A model generated the notes under the pieces. It worked only from the letters and a program-made list of their open reading frames with translations, was not told where the DNA came from and did no database searches. A stretch of DNA of 64,000 nt from an uncultured Thermoplasmata archaeon. GTDB taxonomy: Archaea > Thermoplasmatota > Thermoplasmata > Halarchaeoplasmatales > Halarchaeoplasmataceae. Below are positions 59,201-64,000 of this stretch, one piece after another. Position numbers and translations under genes: made by a program. The stretch's first letter is position 1. Each line of letters starts with the position of its first letter. The stretch is taken from the NCBI GenBank assembly GCA_964458595.1, contig CAYWJQ010000006.1:69776-133775 (forward strand), given 5' to 3'.

Positions 59201-61658
59201 GACTCTATATAAGTACGATGTTTTCGGAAATATGATATCAAAGACGGATCCTCTCGGAAATACGGTGAGGTACAGATACGATAACAACGGCAACAAAGTG
59301 CTGAAGATAGGTCCTCGGGGTTATCCGACCTATTATGAATATGACTGTATGGACAGGCTGGTCAAGAAGACCGACGCTTATGGGAATTCGGTAGAATACA
59401 GATACGACGAATTCCATAACAGGATCGAGACGATTGATAAGAACGGCAATTCATGGAAGAAGAAATACGATAAGATGGGCAGAGTGACAGCAAAACTGTG
59501 TCCTTACGGTAAAGCTATCCGATATGAATATAATTCCGAAGGTCAGGTCGTGAAGAAGATAGACAGGATGGGCTACGTTACTGAATACGAGTACGACAAG
59601 GTCGGTAGAGTAGTGAGGATGAAGAGGAAGCTTGGTCCGGAAGGTACGAACGTGACTTTGAGATACGACGAAGTCGGTAATCTGGTGAGCGTCACTCAGG
59701 CCGACGGAAACGACACTTCCACATGGCGGTACAAGTATGATCTTCTGGGAAGAAAAGTGAAGGAGATAAGTCCATTAGGTCACGTCGAGACCTACGATTA
59801 CGACAAGATGGGGGATATAGTCGAGTATACCAATGCGGAAGGCGAATCGACTCAGTATGATCATGACAGTTTGGGACGCCTTACTTCGGTGGAATTCCCC
59901 GATGGAAAAAGTGTCGAAATAACTCATGACTTGGATAAGAATATGAAGATACAGGAGTACACTTATCCCGATGGTTCTGCGGAAAGTAAAGCACCTCACG
60001 TGAAGAAAGTGATAGAGAAATACGATCTGTTAGGGAAGACTACTAAGAGAACTACAGTGTGGGGTTCAGGTGAAGAGAGATCTATCAGCTACGAGTATGA
60101 CAGCGCGGGCAACATGATAAAGATGAACGACCAGTTCGGGAGGACAACGGAATATTATTACGATGCTTTGAACCGACTCGATGCGGTCGTTGACTACGAC
60201 GGCGACGTCACAACTTACGAGTACGACGCTAAAGGACATTTAGTGAAGACCACGCTGCCTACAGGCACTCGAGTCTACAGGGACTACAACAAAGCCGATA
60301 AGCTGACCGAGCTAAAGAACGTGAAGTCCAACGGCGAGGTCATCTCCAGCTTCGAATACGGCTACAACTGGAACGGCAATATAGTGAGCGTGACCAACAA
60401 GCACGGCAACACTACACACTACAATTATGACAAGGAGAGCAGACTGACCTTGGTAGAATATCCGAGCGGATCGAAGATGAAATATAAATATGATAAAAAA
60501 GATAATTTGCTGGAAAAGAAACGTATCGTGGATGGTAAGATCGTGAATACCGTGAATAACGAGTACGATAAAGAGAACAGGCTGATAAGCTCGAACGACA
60601 AGACCTACAGCTATGACAAGGACGGCAACCAGATCCGAGCGGGCGATATTAACTTCGACTACATGACATCCTTCGTCAACGGCAAGAATGTGAAGAGGTT
60701 GAAGAGCGTGTCCGAAAATGAGGAACACGTGGCTTCCTACTCATACACGCTGGAAGGTCACCGAACCGGCAAGTCCTTGGATTCAGGAGAATCAGAGATC
60801 AGCTACCACTACAACGGCAGAAACGTCCAGTACGAACAGTGGAGCAGCGGCAGAACGGTCAGATACACGCATCCGATCGAAGGCGGAAGCAGCTGTTCCA
60901 GCTGCGGATGCGGTGGAAGCAGCGGCTTCTTCACCGACCATCCGATAAGCATGGAATTGAATGGTACGAAGTACTACTATCTCTACAACGGTCAGGGCAG
61001 CGTCACCGAGCTGATAAATGCGGATGAAGAAGTGGTGAACAAATATAGATACACGCCGTTCGGCAGTCCTAGATTGAAGGTAGAGAGCGTGTACAACCCG
61101 TACGAGTACACGGGTAGACGGTTGGATGAAGAGACCGGACAGTATTACTATCGAGCGAGGATGTACTCGACTGAGCAGTGCAGGTTCACGACGCAGGACC
61201 CCGCTGGGATGCAGGAAGGTCCGAACATGTATGCTTACGTGAGCAACAATCCGGTGAATCATCGTGATCCGAGCGGGTTAATAGCCCCTGATGCAGTTAT
61301 CGACGGCGGTGGTGGACTAGCGAATTGTCCAGAAGCGAATTATGATACGATTGAAGAGTGTGTAGATTATCATTGGTATGGTATGGGGGAAGCAGACGCC
61401 CGGGAATTCTGCCACAGTATCTGTTTGAATGAAAAAGGTACTGGTGGATGTACGTTCACCTCATATTATTGGGATTGTGTAGAGAGCAATTCATGGGACA
61501 TAGTACATGGAACGAGTATTGTAATGAGTTGTGCATCGGGATGCCTCATGACAGGTCCAGCTTGGCCCGAATGTGTGGGAGCATGTTTAATTGGTGCAGG
61601 CGTCGCTGCATCATCCCCATACGTAGGATGTTTGGTTGCAGCGGCTTATGTATGTTAA
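56250..61658 (+). CDS. Rhs/YD-repeat polymorphic toxin (signal peptide, YD repeats, Rhs core with DPxGL boundary, Cys-rich C-terminal tip)
   Basis: Signal peptide MKSKLLQLTVCVVIGILALTAFSPVARG; dozens of YD repeats (YEYDAVGNLVKK, YRYDNNGNKV ...); Rhs core KYYYLYNGQGSVTELINADEEVVNKYRYTPFGSP...PVNHRDPSGL followed by a unique 125-aa Cys/Gly-rich tip; 1802 aa. Confidence 0.85.
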   Translation: MKSKLLQLTVCVVIGILALTAFSPVARGGVSKELEDSVEDRDGNLHSAYIENKNIYYKFESADGRDEFKILIKQCKSKVCKARLSIDDSLIYISWLSCHRGELEINYCGAELDSIRDWTSTRTVDAEFNNILDYDLRVKKGRMKVIHDGEKLMEWLGDIDGDFIPDIVDKAPAGYDFDESSVTADFVKSYEDMGVSLGVYIPESAWRRPVFYKRTIKVVRNGDRFSIRGNLPRGTELSLKYRGEDFSDEARFYRKDFRSYKPVESGIDGPNDYIWLETDRTGRYTIKDASKRDFDSDGLSDLVELSSPSDRTLTEKDFSSTKFETNSISKLVFDRNTHGNLFCSRAYIELKNMDGESIDGLEVDVGNDGKTDWEAVGTVKNEVSFGRLKLGINLYWFNHYVNEKPNEVTIPIRFESMENRDVKITDAEIEFEGVDTSPVKADTNGDGLLDGWKDVDGDMEFERKGEDGVLATSDDETPGALVRGLDPTELEYMGRKGRVSWNRYKKGVNQANGNLFLSHNDLSIDALGINMGIGRHYNSFDHDRKGPLGYGWTMNYFANIVPSEGDFVTYFNGEGTEYRFESLGGGDYESPHGCGFDLVREEDAYKLRSPSGKVKIFDEKGRLARIEDRNENSLHFTYGENGNLKEVEDDSGLRIELYYEDGKLVKVKGPIGRTCQYEYSKGRLTKFINAGGNEYRYIYGRDDLLKTIINPVGLFKYYDYSYSGLPKVERIVKGKYENGMYMNYHVDFEADYAYPSHTAWKDGEGNEITNSFGKGGAMIKHENPDGTVSYLEYDLDHDRVRVVDKKGYVWHNEFGPMGKIVKSKDSTGNVTKKDWKRVANSDEYICVKESSTDKRGYTRERNYGEDFDLKSTVKKDGARYRYVRNDKGQLTKLIKPNGAVTRYEYDEHGNRIKKINALGHETRYVYNEIGWKKKVIKPNGAVTKFEYNELGERTKIIDDKGNVIKKEYDAVGNLVKKVNKRGGVTLYKYDVFGNMISKTDPLGNTVRYRYDNNGNKVLKIGPRGYPTYYEYDCMDRLVKKTDAYGNSVEYRYDEFHNRIETIDKNGNSWKKKYDKMGRVTAKLCPYGKAIRYEYNSEGQVVKKIDRMGYVTEYEYDKVGRVVRMKRKLGPEGTNVTLRYDEVGNLVSVTQADGNDTSTWRYKYDLLGRKVKEISPLGHVETYDYDKMGDIVEYTNAEGESTQYDHDSLGRLTSVEFPDGKSVEITHDLDKNMKIQEYTYPDGSAESKAPHVKKVIEKYDLLGKTTKRTTVWGSGEERSISYEYDSAGNMIKMNDQFGRTTEYYYDALNRLDAVVDYDGDVTTYEYDAKGHLVKTTLPTGTRVYRDYNKADKLTELKNVKSNGEVISSFEYGYNWNGNIVSVTNKHGNTTHYNYDKESRLTLVEYPSGSKMKYKYDKKDNLLEKKRIVDGKIVNTVNNEYDKENRLISSNDKTYSYDKDGNQIRAGDINFDYMTSFVNGKNVKRLKSVSENEEHVASYSYTLEGHRTGKSLDSGESEISYHYNGRNVQYEQWSSGRTVRYTHPIEGGSSCSSCGCGGSSGFFTDHPISMELNGTKYYYLYNGQGSVTELINADEEVVNKYRYTPFGSPRLKVESVYNPYEYTGRRLDEETGQYYYRARMYSTEQCRFTTQDPAGMQEGPNMYAYVSNNPVNHRDPSGLIAPDAVIDGGGGLANCPEANYDTIEECVDYHWYGMGEADAREFCHSICLNEKGTGGCTFTSYYWDCVESNSWDIVHGTSIVMSCASGCLMTGPAWPECVGACLIGAGVAASSPYVGCLVAAAYVC
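60278..61277 (+). repeat. Rhs 3' core segment, copy A (inside the main rhs gene)
   Basis: About 1 kb repeated with high identity at about 61895-62917 and, 5'-truncated, from about 63440 to the window end. Confidence 0.85.
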
Positions 61659-61684
61659 ATGGTAAAAATCATAAGGTGAAATGA

Positions 61685-61870
61685 ATGGGATGGAAAACAA
61701 CATCTAAACTAGTAATGGCGCTAATAGTAATAGCTTTCGTGATAGGCTACTATGTATTAGCAGGTATTGGTTATATTGAGTTGCCTAAATATTGGCAATT
61801 TGGCACTCTTCCTGTACATATTTTCTTAATCGGTATGGCCACGATTTTGTTATACCAAGTATTTGAATGA
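61685..61870 (+). CDS. Small two-TM protein immediately after the rhs toxin tip (candidate immunity protein)
   Basis: 61 aa, two hydrophobic helices, 27 bp after the rhs stop. Confidence 0.4.
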   Translation: MGWKTTSKLVMALIVIAFVIGYYVLAGIGYIELPKYWQFGTLPVHIFLIGMATILLYQVFE

Positions 61871-61894
61871 TAAATAATAAACACCATCACGTTT

Positions 61895-62917
61895 AAGCTA
61901 TACTAACTACCTACGGGCACGAAGATATTCAGGGACTACAACAAAGCCGATAAGCTCACCGAGCTAAAGAACGTGAAGTCCAACGGCGATGTCATCTCCA
62001 GCTTCGAATACGGCTACAACTGGAACGGCAACATAGTGAGCGTTACGGACAAGAACGGCAACACTACGAACTACGACTACGATAAGGAGAACAGGCTGAC
62101 CTCAGTGGAATATCCGACTGGATTGACGATGAAATATAAATATGATAAGAAAGATAATTTGGCGGAAAAGAAACGTATGGTAGATGGTAAGGTAGTGAAT
62201 ACCGTAAATAACGAGTATGATGAAGAGAACCGTCTGATTAGATCGAACGACAAGACTTACAGCTATGACAAGGACGGCAACCAAATCAGAGCGGGCGATA
62301 TGAGTTTCGACTATATGACCTCACGCATCAACGGTAAAAATGTGAAGAGGCTGAAGAGCGTATCCGAGAGCGGCGAACACGTAGCATCTTATTCTTACAC
62401 ACTGGAAGGACAGCGAACAGGCAAATATCTCGATTCAGGAGAGTCCGAGATCAGCTATCACTACGACGGAAGGAACGTCCAGTACGAGCAGTGGAGCAGT
62501 GGAAGAACAGTAAGATACACGCATCCGATCGAAGGCGGAAGCAGCTGTTCCAGCTGCGGATGCGGTGGAAGCAGCGGAGTGTTCACCGACCATCCGATCA
62601 GCATCAAAGTGAATGGGACGAAGTACTACTACCTTTACAACGGACAGGGAAGCGTGACCGAGCTCATAAATGCTGATGAAGAAGTAGTGAACAAATATAG
62701 ATACACACCGTTCGGCAGTCCTAGATTGAAGGTAGAGAGCGTGTACAACCCGTACGAGTACACGGGTAGACGGCTGGATGAAGAGACAGGACAGTATTAC
62801 TACAGAGCGAGGATGTACTCGACAGAGCAGTGCAGGTTCACGACGCAGGACCCCGCGGGGATGCAGGAAGGTCCGAACATGTATGCTTATGTTGGGAATA
62901 ATCCGGTGAATCACCGT
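61895..62917 (+). repeat. Rhs 3' core segment, copy B (orphan cassette)
   Basis: Nucleotide identity to 60245-61277 visible by eye (e.g. agggactacaacaaagccgataagct); diverges right after the NHRDPSG codons. Confidence 0.85.
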
Positions 62918-63184
62918 GATCCGAGCGGAATGGTGAGTATGAGCGAGTGTTTGACTTTATGTAGCTTGGGGGGTTGTGCAGCTCTATGCGGAATGGCAGC
63001 TTATGCTGGTCTTGTCGGTGCTGTAGTTGGTGTCGGCTGTGGGGTAGCATGCTGGTCTTTGGGTTGTGGGACTCTATGCGGGATAATACTTGGCGATGGT
63101 GGAGGCACCTGGCCTGATCCTATTGAACCCCCACAATGTGATCCTCAAACCCATCAATGTTTGATGCACAATGCAATATCGTAG
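61973..63184 (+). CDS. Orphan Rhs C-terminal cassette with an alternative toxin tip
   Basis: GTG-initiated ORF whose first 315 aa match the main Rhs C-terminal core and end at PVNHRDPSGM, followed by a different 85-aa Cys/Gly-rich tip (CSLGGCAALCGMAAYAGLVGAVVGVGCGVACWSLGCGTLCG). Confidence 0.75.
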   Translation: MKSNGDVISSFEYGYNWNGNIVSVTDKNGNTTNYDYDKENRLTSVEYPTGLTMKYKYDKKDNLAEKKRMVDGKVVNTVNNEYDEENRLIRSNDKTYSYDKDGNQIRAGDMSFDYMTSRINGKNVKRLKSVSESGEHVASYSYTLEGQRTGKYLDSGESEISYHYDGRNVQYEQWSSGRTVRYTHPIEGGSSCSSCGCGGSSGVFTDHPISIKVNGTKYYYLYNGQGSVTELINADEEVVNKYRYTPFGSPRLKVESVYNPYEYTGRRLDEETGQYYYRARMYSTEQCRFTTQDPAGMQEGPNMYAYVGNNPVNHRDPSGMVSMSECLTLCSLGGCAALCGMAAYAGLVGAVVGVGCGVACWSLGCGTLCGIILGDGGGTWPDPIEPPQCDPQTHQCLMHNAIS

Positions 63185-63189
63185 GTGGA

Positions 63190-63435
63190 ATGATGAGAAA
63201 TGGAAATCGATATGGGGAAAATTGGTTATTAAAAAATCTTAAAGAACGTTTTTTTACTACTATTGGGGTTGCAGTAGGGGTAACAATCCCATTTTATATC
63301 ACTAATATATACAGTAATCCACTCCAATTATTGCTCCTATTTGTTTCATCATATCTTATAGCTAATATCAGCGGATTAATCTGGTTATATGCTACAGAAA
63401 AAAGAAAGGATAAAAATAATGAAACCGACTTATAA
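63190..63435 (+). CDS. Small two-TM protein after orphan cassette 1 (candidate immunity protein)
   Basis: Hydrophobic helices FFTTIGVAVGVTIPFYITNIY and LLLLFVSSYLIANISGLIWLY; start chosen at internal Met after GGTGG. Confidence 0.35.
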   Translation: MMRNGNRYGENWLLKNLKERFFTTIGVAVGVTIPFYITNIYSNPLQLLLLFVSSYLIANISGLIWLYATEKRKDKNNETDL

Positions 63436-64000
63436 TTTATTAGATGGTAAAGTCATGGATCCATTACGAAACGATTACACCGAAGAAAGCAGGCTAATGG
63501 GATCAAATACGACAAAGATGGCAACCAGACAAGCCGGAAAGATGAGCTTCGACTACATGACTTCCTTCGTCAACGGCAAGAATGTGAAGAGGTTGAAAAG
63601 CGTGTATGATAGCAACGAACACGTGGCTTCCTACTCATACACGCTGGAAGGTCACCGAACCGGCAAGTATCTGCATGATGGTGAAGAAGAGATAAGCTAC
63701 CACTACAACGGCAGAAACGTCCAGTACGAACAGTGGAGCAGCGGCAGAACGGTCAGATACACGCATCCGATCGAAGGCGGAAGCAGCTGTTCCAGCTGCG
63801 GATGCGGTGGAAGCAGCGGAGTGTTCACCGACCATCCGATCAGCATCAAAGTGAATGGGACGAAGTACTACTACCTTTACAACGGACAGGGAAGCGTGAC
63901 CGAGCTCATAAATGCTGATGAAGAAGTGGTGAACAAATATAGATACACTCCTTTCGGCAGTCCTAGGTTGAAGATAGAGACGGTCTACAACCCGTACCAG
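63419..64000 (+). CDS. Second orphan Rhs C-terminal cassette, 5'-truncated relative to the main gene; runs off the window end
   Basis: In-frame translation from ATG 63419 gives ...FDYMTSFVNGKNVKRLKSV...GGSSCSSCGCGGSSG...KYYYLYNGQGSVTELINADEEVVNKYRYTPFGSPRLK, matching the main Rhs core; no stop before position 64000. Confidence 0.6.
   Translation, partial: MKPTYNLLDGKVMDPLRNDYTEESRLMGSNTTKMATRQAGKMSFDYMTSFVNGKNVKRLKSVYDSNEHVASYSYTLEGHRTGKYLHDGEEEISYHYNGRNVQYEQWSSGRTVRYTHPIEGGSSCSSCGCGGSSGVFTDHPISIKVNGTKYYYLYNGQGSVTELINADEEVVNKYRYTPFGSPRLKIETVYNPYQ

Noticed and set aside
60278-64000. Possible CRISPR array suggested by the repeated sequence at the 3' end
   Set aside because: The repeats are about 1 kb long, protein-coding (Rhs core) and not short regularly spaced direct repeats; no CRISPR-like array is visible anywhere in the window.
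1-64000. Inteins, transposases/IS elements, rRNA genes
   Set aside because: No ORF shows intein splice-junction blocks or a transposase-like DDE or HTH pattern that I could recognise, and no rRNA-like conserved stretches were seen; the absence is by-eye only.

Overview
Archaeal (euryarchaeal-type) chromosomal segment, about 42% GC, with BRE/TATA-type promoters, T-rich terminators and an intron-containing tRNA. Contents in order: (1) 94-16319, a complete archaellum locus: a minus-strand accessory operon (archaellin-like gene, a 1090-aa acidic mosaic protein in the FlaC/D/E position, flaF/G-like, flaH, flaI, flaJ) divergent from a plus-strand tandem array of six archaellins with repeated promoter and terminator cassettes, plus a seventh divergent archaellin after a 1.3-kb non-coding gap. 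(2) 16.4-46 kb, housekeeping and envelope genes: surface proteins, oligoendopeptidase F, aIF5A-agmatinase, FtsZ, dihydrolipoamide dehydrogenase, ketopantoate reductase, methylthiotransferase, nitrilase-family hydrolase, an Mrp-type antiporter cluster, gamma-carbonic anhydrase, pyruvoyl arginine decarboxylase, Elp3, tRNA-Val with intron, a PGF-CTERM surface protein, RNase HI. (3) 46-56 kb: a hybrid histidine kinase, OsmC, DUF302, a DUF192 gene split by a GC-rich structured insert, MBL hydrolase, class V aminotransferase, threonine synthase-like. (4) 56-64 kb: an 1802-aa Rhs/YD-repeat polymorphic toxin with two downstream orphan C-terminal cassettes and small membrane ORFs. The most unusual items are an isoleucyl-tRNA synthetase paralog with degenerate HIGH/KMSKS motifs fused to a helix-hairpin-helix region and a DUF835-like domain, the same DUF835-like domain inside the giant archaellum-operon protein, the Rhs cassette array, and the interrupted DUF192 gene. 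All domain calls are from reading motifs by eye and from memory of family signatures; no database search was run.
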